64,000 nucleotides of DNA from Bacteriovoracaceae bacterium (GTDB lineage: Bacteria; Bdellovibrionota; Bacteriovoracia; Bacteriovoracales; Bacteriovoracaceae). Under the pieces are notes generated by a model. The model was given only the letters and a program-made list of their open reading frames with translations, was not told the origin of the DNA and did no database searches. Below are positions 21,317 to 30,852 of this stretch, one piece after another; positions within the stretch are counted from its first letter, which is position 1, and each line of letters opens with the position of its first letter. The stretch lies in contig JBLWTJ010000001.1 of assembly GCA_048270185.1 (NCBI GenBank), positions 1,184,001 through 1,248,000 on the forward strand. Direction: 5' to 3'. Both the position numbers and the translations under genes were made by a program.

Positions 21317-21892
21317 TTACAATGCAATTTTTGCGAGGTAACTTGTTCCCTGTTTATAGACTTTTGAATAACTAAGAGACAGACTTTTTAAGTCATTTTC
21401 GACGATCCCTTTTTGGCGATCTGACTCAACCCAGATTTCTCCTGAAAAGTTGATTTCCTTAAGTATTTTAAGACATTCTAAGTAGACAGTTTTTAGCTCA
21501 TATGGTGGATCAATAAATAGAAAGATTTCATCAAATTCACTTTCATCGAATGCATTAGCTAGACTCTTCACATATTGTTGTGCTTTTTGTTTCACAATCG
21601 AAATTGAAGAGATATCAAGCTTCTTCTCAAGCCCTGCCTTATTCTTTTTTATTACATTAATAACTTTAGGATGATCTTCAACAAGGACCGCTTTCTTAGC
21701 TCCACGAGAAATCGCTTCAAATGCCATGGCACCACTGCCTGCAAAGAGGTCGATGAAGAGACAGTTGGTTAAGTCCTGATGAGCATCAAAGAATTTACGT
21801 CTAAGCATGACACTTGTTGGACGTGTGATTGATTCAGGGGGAACAAAAAGGGCATGCCCTTTAGCATGCCCACCTAAAATATTTATGGCCAT
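21317..21892 (-). CDS. rsmD: 16S rRNA m2G966 methyltransferase
   Basis: RPTS, DLFAGSG, SRGA, DPPY; upstream of coaD as is common. Confidence 0.9.
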   Translation of the reverse strand: MAINILGGHAKGHALFVPPESITRPTSVMLRRKFFDAHQDLTNCLFIDLFAGSGAMAFEAISRGAKKAVLVEDHPKVINVIKKNKAGLEKKLDISSISIVKQKAQQYVKSLANAFDESEFDEIFLFIDPPYELKTVYLECLKILKEINFSGEIWVESDRQKGIVENDLKSLSLSYSKVYKQGTSYLAKIAL

Positions 21893-21900
21893 TTAAAACC

Positions 21901-22800
21901 TTATGCTACGTTTGATTTCTTATCACTGTGTGATGATGGAAGTGGGATATTTAAATTCACTCCACCTTCAATGAGCGCCTTACAGCCCTCTTCATCAATT
22001 GTGATATCTACACCATTCATCGAGAGTTGGAAACATCCATCAACAACGCTTAGAGTTGCTTGCGACCCAGCAATAGTTAACTCGACGTTAAAATTCATAT
22101 TACCCGCTGCACTAAAAGCAATATCTCCAGCATGAGTTGTTGGTGTACTTGGTACCTTAGCTGGTTGGCTTGGTACTTCTCTTGTCATGGCAACAACATT
22201 TTCATGATGGTCTGCAACTTCGTCTTCAACATCAAATTCTTCTTTGAAGCCAAGTTCTACTTCTGTTTGTTGAGTTGCATCAATTTCTTCTAAATCTTTC
22301 ATGATTGCATCAATTTCAGATTCATCAAAGCCTTCAGCAACTGCTTGTTCAAGACTTGGTCCCATTGCCTCTTCAAGGTCAGCTTGGGCCACAAGCTCTT
22401 CTGAGACGACCGGCTCTTCAATTGTTTCAGCAACAACATCTTGTGCTTCTTCGAATTCTGCAACTGGCTCTTCAGCAGGAGCTGGTGCAGGTGTATCTGC
22501 TGCAAGTATTGCACTTAATTCATCTAGTGGATTAACTTCTTCAGGAGTAGTCTGTGCTACAACTTCTTCTGGCTCAGTTTCAATTTCAACTTCGGCCACG
22601 ACTTCTTCGAGAACATCTTCCTCAGGTGCCGCTTGTGCAACAGGCTGTGCCTCTTCAATCTCTTGTGCAGCACTATCAACTTGTGTCGACAGCTCTTTAT
22701 CAAGATTGGCAAATTCGGCCATGATATCGTCTAATTCATTTTCCGAAAAACCTTGTTCTACACTTTTTGCTGCTGCATCTTGAGGATTATTTCCACTCAT
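21901..22800 (-). CDS. Highly acidic, largely disordered hypothetical protein
   Basis: E/A/P-rich low complexity with a small C-terminal beta-rich domain; start set at ATG 22800 after GGAG. Confidence 0.7.
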   Translation of the reverse strand: MSGNNPQDAAAKSVEQGFSENELDDIMAEFANLDKELSTQVDSAAQEIEEAQPVAQAAPEEDVLEEVVAEVEIETEPEEVVAQTTPEEVNPLDELSAILAADTPAPAPAEEPVAEFEEAQDVVAETIEEPVVSEELVAQADLEEAMGPSLEQAVAEGFDESEIDAIMKDLEEIDATQQTEVELGFKEEFDVEDEVADHHENVVAMTREVPSQPAKVPSTPTTHAGDIAFSAAGNMNFNVELTIAGSQATLSVVDGCFQLSMNGVDITIDEEGCKALIEGGVNLNIPLPSSHSDKKSNVA

Positions 22801-23070
22801 ATAAACTCCATCTATTGATTGTTTATCAGTCTTACTTTTCGACCAAGATGACAGAAACTTTAAGAAATTAGACAATTAATAATTTCAGATAGTTATAATT
22901 ATTTTTCCAAGAATTTCTATTTTAAATCGTGGACAAGATGAGCGGCCATCGTTATATTTTACTACCGAATTAAAGACGCAACACACGACTTTCCTTACAC
23001 AGTTTAGATTGTTAACCATCTTAAAAAAGTTAGGGATTGTTGTACTGAATACAACGGAACGACAACACAA

Positions 23071-25917
23071 GTGAAGAACGAATCATTTTCAGCTAAGAAC
23101 TGGCTGTTAAAAAGTGCTCCATACTCAAATACTGAGACGCAAGAAGCTCAAGCTTCTGAGTCATTAGTTGCGCAAACTTGTGTCAGTCAATCAAGTGCTC
23201 CACTGGCCATCGATTCTTTTCAAACAAGTCAATTTACAGTATCTGATCATATTCTTCCGAAGTGGCGTGGTGAAAGCCTTCTCACGAAAGGAAGTGTTAA
23301 GTTTAAGAAAATCATTTTTGAATTATTTGATGAAGCCAAGACTCAAGTTAAATCTTTCAAATCAAGAAATAAAAGCCTTAAACAATCTCTTTTCCAAGAG
23401 TTCATTGAATATACTAGGCACAATGAGATTCACCCAGAGGGTGTGACAGACTTCAATCAATTCTGGAGTCAACTCGATGATAAGAGTGCTCCTAGTTATG
23501 AATGTATCAATAACTTTCTAAAAGTTTATTGCCTGCGTTCAATTAGTATTTATATTTTAAAGATTCGCTTCATTAGTCAGCTAAGCTCATACTATTCTAA
23601 GACATTAACTCGCAATGAAATCTTAAACCCTAACTCGACTCTGAGTAAGATCTTTAAGGTTTCAAGCTCTCGTCAACTGTCTTCAACGGCCCTTGAGTCA
23701 AACGTCTATAGTTGGTTTCGACCAAATGAAAACTTTGGTGACAATGTTATTGAGCTTAGCTCTATTCTTAGAGATCTTAACTCGATCGAATTCTTTAAAG
23801 TTTTAAACCACGAAATTCCTAATCAATTAAATGTCGTTCTCTTTCACAATGAAAGTGATAAATATTCTCACGCCTTCAGTAATCGTAACTTTGGATTAAT
23901 GGTAAATAACCTTCTTATAAACTTTCCAAAGTGGATCGAGAATCATGGTGGATACTTTAATTTTAAAGAAGATCCACAATGTGTAAGTACCCTCTTCACT
24001 GGTAACTTTCTTACATCATTAACAATCTCTCACTGGATTGCTCAAGAGAATAACTCTGATGAAGCTTGGCAGGAAATAATCTGTCCTGAGTTCAGAGGAG
24101 ATAACTACCTAAATGGTCAGTACCTAAAGATCTTCCAAGAAATACAATTTATGACTTTCTTGGTTTCTCTTGCACCAAAGCAAGGAAAAGATCCAATCGA
24201 TCTTATCGTTTCACTTTTTAAGCAGAAGTCTAATAAGTCAAAAATTTCAGCAAGTGGCCAATTTGCGCTTCTGGACTCGACAGAGGTTCAACAAAGTATC
24301 TACGATCGTATACTTGTGAACTTAGTTAATATTCCAAAGAAGAACCCGCATCACTATCTGATTACAAATATCATGCAAAATGGTGCCCACTTATCAAATA
24401 GTGGTTATATGTACGTCTTCTCAAATCAGAAGCTATTTGTTCCTTCTCATGCAGCGAAGAACGAAGCACTATTAAAGCAGTATAAGTTACGTATGCGCTT
24501 CAATCTTGAAGGGCTTAAAGGTAAGGGAGAAATCCCACGCTATATGTATATTTTCTCAAAACGTATTGTTGAAAATAAACTCGATATTTTTGGAAATCCT
24601 GATGTTAACTCAACTCTTCTTAAAGAGTCTTGTCTATCAGTTAATATGAATGGGGATCTTACTCACTTTTCAAAGTTTGATTTCTTCGTAGAAGAGATTG
24701 ATAAATTATTCGCTAATCAGAAATCAATTGATGCTCCACTTTTTTCAAATGAAACGAAGTGTGGTCTATCATTTGACTTTCACCAAGATGCAATCCTAAA
24801 CGGAAAACTTCATAGCAATAATAACGACAGTGACAAGATCACTCACCCACAATACTTTAGAAATCTAACTAAGAGTTGTATTCCATTTGATCAATTCTTC
24901 AGTGTTGAATCATTATCAAATTACCGTGAAGAAGATCATTACGACCTACTAGGATTTAATTTAAACCCGAAAGAAAGATATCCGTACCTGCTCATCGTCG
25001 ACTTTACAAATGAGAATAATATCTCATTAGAGCTGACTACGATTGACTCTTTAAAAGCTAAGATCGAAGAATATGGTAATGCATACTTTCAGTATTTTGG
25101 ACTTCTACCTAAGGTTTCAAATCTAAATATTAACTTATTTAGAGAGTTCTTTAAGACAACAATCGGAAAGCAAATTACACAGCTGACTTTCAACGGTGGA
25201 CTTAAGAAAACAAAAGCAAAACTAAATGCTATGCTAATTCCTAAGTTCCTAGAAAAGACTGAATATCTTCCAAGTCATCATATTGAATCTCTTCAAGAGA
25301 TCACTCTTTCAAAAGAGTCGATTCAACAAGTTGACTTTAATAGCTATAACTTTGTTCTTTCTAAGAAGATCGATACCATTAAACTACTATCAAGAAAGTA
25401 CCCATGGCATACAAGCTGTATTCTTTCGCACCTTAAAATTCTCATTGGAAATTTCAAGGATCAAATCGACAGTGGAAAAATGCAAGCAAGCTATGACTTC
25501 ACTTCTCCTGCACTTATTGGGAAGATTGTTGCACTTAACAAGACGGCCATCTATCCAAGTAATAATGATATCTATTTAGAGAATCTTATTAGTGAAAGAA
25601 ATGATATTCACTTACCGCTAACAAGTGCAATCCTTGATAAGTCAGAGCACACTAATAGTTTAAAGCTAGTATCTAATAACAAGGATATCTTAAAGCTACA
25701 CGGTGACATGCAATTACTACAATTCATTCAATTCATTCTTACAAATGCTTGTGGAACACCTATTTCAACAATTCTTCAATCCCTTGAAGTTCCATCGGCC
25801 CTAGACCTTAATAAGTTACTTAGTGAAAGAGATCAGACTGCTCAAAGTGTAAATGAAACATTTGAGCTAATAAACTCGACGCTAAATAATATCATTATTG
25901 GTCAAATAAATAATTAG
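23071..25917 (+). CDS. Large hypothetical protein with degenerate N6-adenine DNA methyltransferase-like fold
   Basis: 948-aa ORF. The segment YDRILVN..LSNSGYMYVFS..RFNL..YMYIFSKR follows the HsdM/Eco57I strand pattern but lacks NPPY. CDS is solid, fold call tentative. Confidence 0.5.
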   Translation: MKNESFSAKNWLLKSAPYSNTETQEAQASESLVAQTCVSQSSAPLAIDSFQTSQFTVSDHILPKWRGESLLTKGSVKFKKIIFELFDEAKTQVKSFKSRNKSLKQSLFQEFIEYTRHNEIHPEGVTDFNQFWSQLDDKSAPSYECINNFLKVYCLRSISIYILKIRFISQLSSYYSKTLTRNEILNPNSTLSKIFKVSSSRQLSSTALESNVYSWFRPNENFGDNVIELSSILRDLNSIEFFKVLNHEIPNQLNVVLFHNESDKYSHAFSNRNFGLMVNNLLINFPKWIENHGGYFNFKEDPQCVSTLFTGNFLTSLTISHWIAQENNSDEAWQEIICPEFRGDNYLNGQYLKIFQEIQFMTFLVSLAPKQGKDPIDLIVSLFKQKSNKSKISASGQFALLDSTEVQQSIYDRILVNLVNIPKKNPHHYLITNIMQNGAHLSNSGYMYVFSNQKLFVPSHAAKNEALLKQYKLRMRFNLEGLKGKGEIPRYMYIFSKRIVENKLDIFGNPDVNSTLLKESCLSVNMNGDLTHFSKFDFFVEEIDKLFANQKSIDAPLFSNETKCGLSFDFHQDAILNGKLHSNNNDSDKITHPQYFRNLTKSCIPFDQFFSVESLSNYREEDHYDLLGFNLNPKERYPYLLIVDFTNENNISLELTTIDSLKAKIEEYGNAYFQYFGLLPKVSNLNINLFREFFKTTIGKQITQLTFNGGLKKTKAKLNAMLIPKFLEKTEYLPSHHIESLQEITLSKESIQQVDFNSYNFVLSKKIDTIKLLSRKYPWHTSCILSHLKILIGNFKDQIDSGKMQASYDFTSPALIGKIVALNKTAIYPSNNDIYLENLISERNDIHLPLTSAILDKSEHTNSLKLVSNNKDILKLHGDMQLLQFIQFILTNACGTPISTILQSLEVPSALDLNKLLSERDQTAQSVNETFELINSTLNNIIIGQINN

Positions 25918-25932
25918 TGATATTATATACTT

Positions 25933-27561
25933 ATGCAGATTAAGGTCGACGATACTCATTGGAGTATTTACCGTTATTTTAAAAATAAGGCCAGCTCTCT
26001 CGAAGGAGAAGCATCTGCATCACTAAAGAAGTATCAATGTGATCAACAGCGCTATGCTCGCCGTCGCTTTCAGTCTTCAACTATTAATCAGCTTTATCAA
26101 TCCATTGACTCTTCAGATATCATTTATCTGGGTGACTTCCATACCTTTGATCAAAGCACGAGAAACCTTGAGAGAATTATTCGCATTTTGGCAAAGAATG
26201 AATATCAATTTGCCATCGGTGTTGAGTTCATTCATACCCACCACCAACTTTTTATAAATGCCTTTTTAAATGGCTCCATTACAGAATTAGAATTTCTTGA
26301 GTCTATCAACTATAAGAATTCTTGGCGTTTTCCATGGACCTTCTACAAGATCTTCTTCGAACTTGCTCGCAAGCACAGTATTTCTATCATTGCCTTAAAT
26401 ACGAAAGGTAGTTTAGAAAAGCGAGACCATAATGCGGCCAAGACTATTACTCGCTACAATAAAGAAAACCCAGACCAGAAGCTTCTCATTCTCTTTGGAG
26501 AGCTTCATATTGTTCCCAATAAGCTACCTCAACGTGTATTTGACCTATCTGATAAGAGTGTGGTTCAAACTATTATCCACCAAAATACCGATGAAGTTTA
26601 CTGGAAACTCGTTAAGGAAAATCAACTTAAGGCCGACCAAATTGTAAAATACAATATGAGGGAATTTGTTCTCATCAACTCTCCCCCATGGCTTAAGTAC
26701 GAATCTCAGATTTACTGGTATGAGCACTTAGCTGATGATCCAGACTTTGATATTCACGAGTATATAATTGAAACAGGAACACTTAAGTTTTCGGATAATA
26801 TCTTCGATAATTTTGCATATTTCTGCCATGAGATTACAAATACACTTGGGCTTGAAATTCCGATTTCGGAAGTTGAAGACTTTAGACTTTACGACCAGCA
26901 AAATTTAAAAAGAGTAAAGCAGGCCATTTCCAAGACAAAGTCTAAGAAGGCCATCACTTTCTATAATAAACTTATTGAACACGGAAAGACTTTTAAACTT
27001 CCTGGTAAGAAGTCATATTATTGTTCAAGTTATTCAATCAATCGAGTCTCATACTTAGCTGGAATTCACGTCTATCAAGCCAAGCTTAGGCTACCAGAGA
27101 GTGAGGTTGTCACTCTTTTTAATAAGCGAGACCGAACAAATCTCTTTGTCTATCTAGTTCATAATTATATTAGTGCTTACTTCTGCTCAAAGCTCTTTAA
27201 TCCGTATCGAAAATGCAATATGTACAAAGACTTTGGCTATATGGCCCGTCGAAATAAAACAGTTAAAAAGATCGATAAGAGTGTCTTTGAAGCCTGTCTT
27301 AAGCTTTGTAATAAGAAGGTGGTCATAAACAATGAGTTAAAAGGACTATCGCTATATCAACTTCATAAAGCGGCCAGAAAAGTCTCTCATATGTTTGCAG
27401 ATATTATCTTTGACTATTTCTTTGCGGCCAAAAGAGATGATTACGAAGACGTCATTAAACTAGTACTTAACGATGACTTCTCAAATGAGAATTACTTGAA
27501 GCTGCTTTCTCTTATTGGAAATACTGTCGATATTAAAAAACTTAAGAAACGTGAATTCTAA
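25933..27561 (+). CDS. ChaN/EreA-like domain protein with C-terminal extension
   Basis: IIYLGDFH, IGVEF, LILFGELH match the ChaN pattern; no signal peptide. Confidence 0.65.
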   Translation: MQIKVDDTHWSIYRYFKNKASSLEGEASASLKKYQCDQQRYARRRFQSSTINQLYQSIDSSDIIYLGDFHTFDQSTRNLERIIRILAKNEYQFAIGVEFIHTHHQLFINAFLNGSITELEFLESINYKNSWRFPWTFYKIFFELARKHSISIIALNTKGSLEKRDHNAAKTITRYNKENPDQKLLILFGELHIVPNKLPQRVFDLSDKSVVQTIIHQNTDEVYWKLVKENQLKADQIVKYNMREFVLINSPPWLKYESQIYWYEHLADDPDFDIHEYIIETGTLKFSDNIFDNFAYFCHEITNTLGLEIPISEVEDFRLYDQQNLKRVKQAISKTKSKKAITFYNKLIEHGKTFKLPGKKSYYCSSYSINRVSYLAGIHVYQAKLRLPESEVVTLFNKRDRTNLFVYLVHNYISAYFCSKLFNPYRKCNMYKDFGYMARRNKTVKKIDKSVFEACLKLCNKKVVINNELKGLSLYQLHKAARKVSHMFADIIFDYFFAAKRDDYEDVIKLVLNDDFSNENYLKLLSLIGNTVDIKKLKKREF

Positions 27562-29052
27562 TTACATTAGTCTTTGCATGATTTCGCGCTTAGTTCCACG
27601 CTCAATACGTGTTACTTTCTTTTCCGCTTGAGCTTGATCTGCAATTTCTTTAGAATTCTCTTCGATAACTGGCTTCGTTGTAATTTCTTTCGTCTTAAAG
27701 ATTAACTTATATTTACGCCCAACTGGTCTTAAATCATCATCATAGAGATTTGCAAGTTCAAGACGTCCGTTAATATCTTTAAGAAGCTCTCTTACGATTT
27801 GAACTGAAGTTTCTAGTTCAACTCCACTCTTGTTCTCACCATGTGAAGAAATACTTAGATAGTAGATGGCACCAAGAGTCTTTCCTTGGATTTCAATTTC
27901 ACGCTTATCTTCTGAAGCATCCTTAGAATTCTTAGCTGCATCTAATAGAATATTATATTGGATTTGTTCAATTGTTTCTCTTTCACCAAGGATTTCTCTT
28001 TCTTGGGCATTGATTTTAAATTCAATTCCCTCTGCTTTAAATTGATCTTGTACTTTACAAGCAATAAAACGATTGATTGAAGAGATTTCACAGCTTTTAA
28101 CTTGAGGAATAGCTGTTTCACTATCAGTATTCTTTGCTGTTTCGCTCATTGACCATAGTTCATCTGCAACTTCTTTTGCATCATTATCATTATTTGATAG
28201 AACCATACCAAAAGTTTTATTTTCATTAGCTGAAATCGTTGCCTTTCTCTTCTCTCTTGTGAAGCTTTGCTTCTGTACTGAATAAAGTTTAGAACAATGT
28301 TTCATCTCATTAAGTTCAAGAGCATTAATAATTACACTTTCTATTTCATCAAAACTCTCATCATTATTGGCCATAAGAAGACTTAAAGCTTCATCTTCAA
28401 GATCAGCGCGACGACGTGAAACAATTCGACGATGAAACATTTCCCACATAAGAGTAAGAACAAAGATCACCCCAGTCAGGGCCAGAGCAACTTTAATATT
28501 AGTAAGTGCTTTTGAAATCGACTCAACGTGATTTTCCATTAGAATTGTTCCCGCATCTAATGAATCTTCAAATTGAGAGAATTTCTCATCCATATTATTT
28601 GTAAAATTCTTATCAGTTACTGAAAAACCCTTCCCTGTACTTCTAAGACTTTCATGAAACCAGTGAACATTTGAGCTAACAGTATTAAATTTTTTGATGA
28701 TTGCAGCTGAAAATTTCCCATACTCATTCATGAGATCTGAGACTTGTGCGTAACACTCACCTGTTTGTGAAGTAAAATTACTATCTAAGTATGTTGAGTT
28801 CATATCAGCAGCTACTGCCGCCGTATAAGTTTGCTGAACACGAGTTGAACAAATTTGAATTCCGTTTTGGATGGATGAAAGTTGCTGATACTTTCCTGAA
28901 ACGCCACTTAACAGATAGGCAATGACTAAAATTGAGACAGAAGAGAGGCCTAGAATTGATGCTCTCGCCTTTGAAAATTTATGTTGAACTGGTTTACTCA
29001 TCCATAAGTCCTTAAAATTACGTAATTCATTTACTGCAGAGGGTTTACCCAC
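27562..29052 (-). CDS. Two-TM protein with degenerate histidine-kinase ATPase-like region
   Basis: TM-periplasmic-TM, then EQIQYNILLDAAKNS (N-box-like); no clear H or G boxes. Confidence 0.5.
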   Translation of the reverse strand: MGKPSAVNELRNFKDLWMSKPVQHKFSKARASILGLSSVSILVIAYLLSGVSGKYQQLSSIQNGIQICSTRVQQTYTAAVAADMNSTYLDSNFTSQTGECYAQVSDLMNEYGKFSAAIIKKFNTVSSNVHWFHESLRSTGKGFSVTDKNFTNNMDEKFSQFEDSLDAGTILMENHVESISKALTNIKVALALTGVIFVLTLMWEMFHRRIVSRRRADLEDEALSLLMANNDESFDEIESVIINALELNEMKHCSKLYSVQKQSFTREKRKATISANENKTFGMVLSNNDNDAKEVADELWSMSETAKNTDSETAIPQVKSCEISSINRFIACKVQDQFKAEGIEFKINAQEREILGERETIEQIQYNILLDAAKNSKDASEDKREIEIQGKTLGAIYYLSISSHGENKSGVELETSVQIVRELLKDINGRLELANLYDDDLRPVGRKYKLIFKTKEITTKPVIEENSKEIADQAQAEKKVTRIERGTKREIMQRLM

Positions 29053-29178
29053 TATCTAATTCTACCTATTCATCCGCACAGATGAAAGACCAGACAAATT
29101 TTACCAGTTTAAAGTGAAATTTTTGTCCCTAACGAACTAAAGTGCTACACTATTAAGTGTCTAATTTGATGGAGAATT

Positions 29179-29961
29179 ATGCTCAGTTATTCAGCAGTTC
29201 TATTAACACTTATTCTTCACCTTCTAGTCTTAGCACTAGGGCCAGACAGAGGTGCATCTAAAGAGATCGCCACTCAAGAACCCATAAAGCTAAAATTTAA
29301 GCAGATCAAAGTTAGAAAAGTCGGCCAAAAAAATCAACCGGATACTGATAATCTCATGGGCCAGCTCGCTTATGGCCAACAAGACCTTAAACGAGTTGAT
29401 CAACAAGTTTCTCAAAAGTCTTCTTCCCTATCAAAGAAGAAGGAAAAAGAAATTGTTGAAGATGCTCGCAAACAATCAGTGACAAGAAATCAGTATATGC
29501 AAAAGAAGATCTCAAAAGAGAGCTTTGCACAAAAGAACTGGACTAATGAATTATCTCACGTGCAAGATGCTTCCGTTAGCTTTCTTCCCCCAAAAGGAAT
29601 CACTCCAGATCAACTTAATGAATTTGAGAAGGTCTTCTATGCTTTTTATAAGCGTGTGGCCATTCAATATATTAACTCGGTTCAAATCTCAGTTAGAAAT
29701 CGAGTCAATGAAAGGCCATACGTTCAAAACACTTTAATGGCCGCAGAAGCTCAAGAATTAAAGGCCGTCATCCGCTATGATGAATTAGGAAATGCTGAAA
29801 TTGTTAAGATTCTAAGCTCATCAAAAAATGATGATATTCATAAAATATTTGAGGATGCTCTAGGAAAGATGGATAAGATCCCAAATATCGTCAAAGACTT
29901 AAAAGATGAAGATGGTAAGTACTATGCAATCTTCTCTCTCTCAATAAATACACGCCGCTAA
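29179..29961 (+). CDS. TonB C-terminal-like domain protein
   Basis: N-anchor LTLILHLLVL, charged linker, C-terminal YDELG..VKILSSS..D pattern. Confidence 0.6.
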   Translation: MLSYSAVLLTLILHLLVLALGPDRGASKEIATQEPIKLKFKQIKVRKVGQKNQPDTDNLMGQLAYGQQDLKRVDQQVSQKSSSLSKKKEKEIVEDARKQSVTRNQYMQKKISKESFAQKNWTNELSHVQDASVSFLPPKGITPDQLNEFEKVFYAFYKRVAIQYINSVQISVRNRVNERPYVQNTLMAAEAQELKAVIRYDELGNAEIVKILSSSKNDDIHKIFEDALGKMDKIPNIVKDLKDEDGKYYAIFSLSINTRR

Positions 29962-30351
29962 GATTAGCGTTGCAACAACTGCCAATTGAATTTTTCGAGG
30001 AATTCCAAAAAGAATAAAGACAAGGAAATCTCTAAAGGCCAAGGCATATTTTTGTTTTTTTACAATTGGACGACTTTCTAATTCATCATTAATCTCAGGA
30101 ACAATTTCCTTTAACTCACTCTCAAGATTCTTTGCTATTTCTGCATTGGCAGCAAAGCTGTCAAAGTACTGTTTGAAATTATCTTTTCGTAAATCGAATT
30201 GATTAAGAGTTTTTCGACAATCTAAACACTCTTGGATATGAGAGTAATTCTTCGCAAAATCTGTACTTTCGAGATAAGTCATCTGCTTAGCAAAGAAGCA
30301 CTTATTGAGCTTATTCGAATTAGTTAACTGTTGTTCCATTACTATATTCAC
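29941..30351 (-). CDS. Putative zinc-binding anti-sigma factor
   Basis: HIQECLDC (HxxxCxxC ZAS motif) and a C-terminal hydrophobic segment; follows an ECF-like gene. Confidence 0.55.
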   Translation of the reverse strand: MNIVMEQQLTNSNKLNKCFFAKQMTYLESTDFAKNYSHIQECLDCRKTLNQFDLRKDNFKQYFDSFAANAEIAKNLESELKEIVPEINDELESRPIVKKQKYALAFRDFLVFILFGIPRKIQLAVVATLILAACIY

Positions 30352-30730
30352 TAGGTACTTGGTTGATAAATTGTTGGTCTAAAAAGGCCATTACTTCTTG
30401 CTCAGAAATATTTAAGGTAAGAGAAATATTGCTAATACTCTCCCCTTTAATTTCGTAGAGATAGACACTTGCTCGCTGATCAAGCTTATGTGTACTGTCC
30501 TTTTTAAGATGTTCATAGCGACGTTTTGCAAGTGCAATAAGTTTCACTAAGAATTGTTTCTCGTAATATTCATTATCAATTTGATAAAGGCATTTCTCAT
30601 CTTTTTGTGCCATTCCTGTGGCCACATCGATAATAAGTTGCATTGCCTGTAATTGGTCTTCGATCAAGTAATTGGCAACTTGATAAAAATGATCGACTAA
30701 TTTTCTGATGACGTCTTTTTTTACTAACAC
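30320..30730 (-). CDS. Degenerate ECF sigma factor-like protein
   Basis: Region-2-like FYQVANYLIEDQLQAMQLIIDV and region-4-like LDQRASVYL..GESISNISLTLNISEQEV. Confidence 0.5.
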   Translation of the reverse strand: MLVKKDVIRKLVDHFYQVANYLIEDQLQAMQLIIDVATGMAQKDEKCLYQIDNEYYEKQFLVKLIALAKRRYEHLKKDSTHKLDQRASVYLYEIKGESISNISLTLNISEQEVMAFLDQQFINQVPSEYSNGTTVN

Positions 30731-30791
30731 ATAATAATTTTAACAAGGTTTGGAAATTTTGCCACTGCGATTTTAAATACTTAAGTGAAAT

Positions 30792-30819
30792 TAAAGTATA
30801 TTCAATATTTTACCGATAA
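30792..30819 (+). promoter_or_regulatory. Putative sigma28 (FliA) promoter
   Basis: TAAA-N16-ACCGATAA, 33 nt before the lipoprotein start. Confidence 0.65.
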
Positions 30820-30852
30820 ATTAGTGAGGAAATGTAAGATAAAGAGGATTAC

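Noticed and set aside
22885..23070. 61-aa Cys-containing ORF
   Set aside because: Fills a divergent promoter gap, has a non-ATG start abutting the next gene and no RBS.
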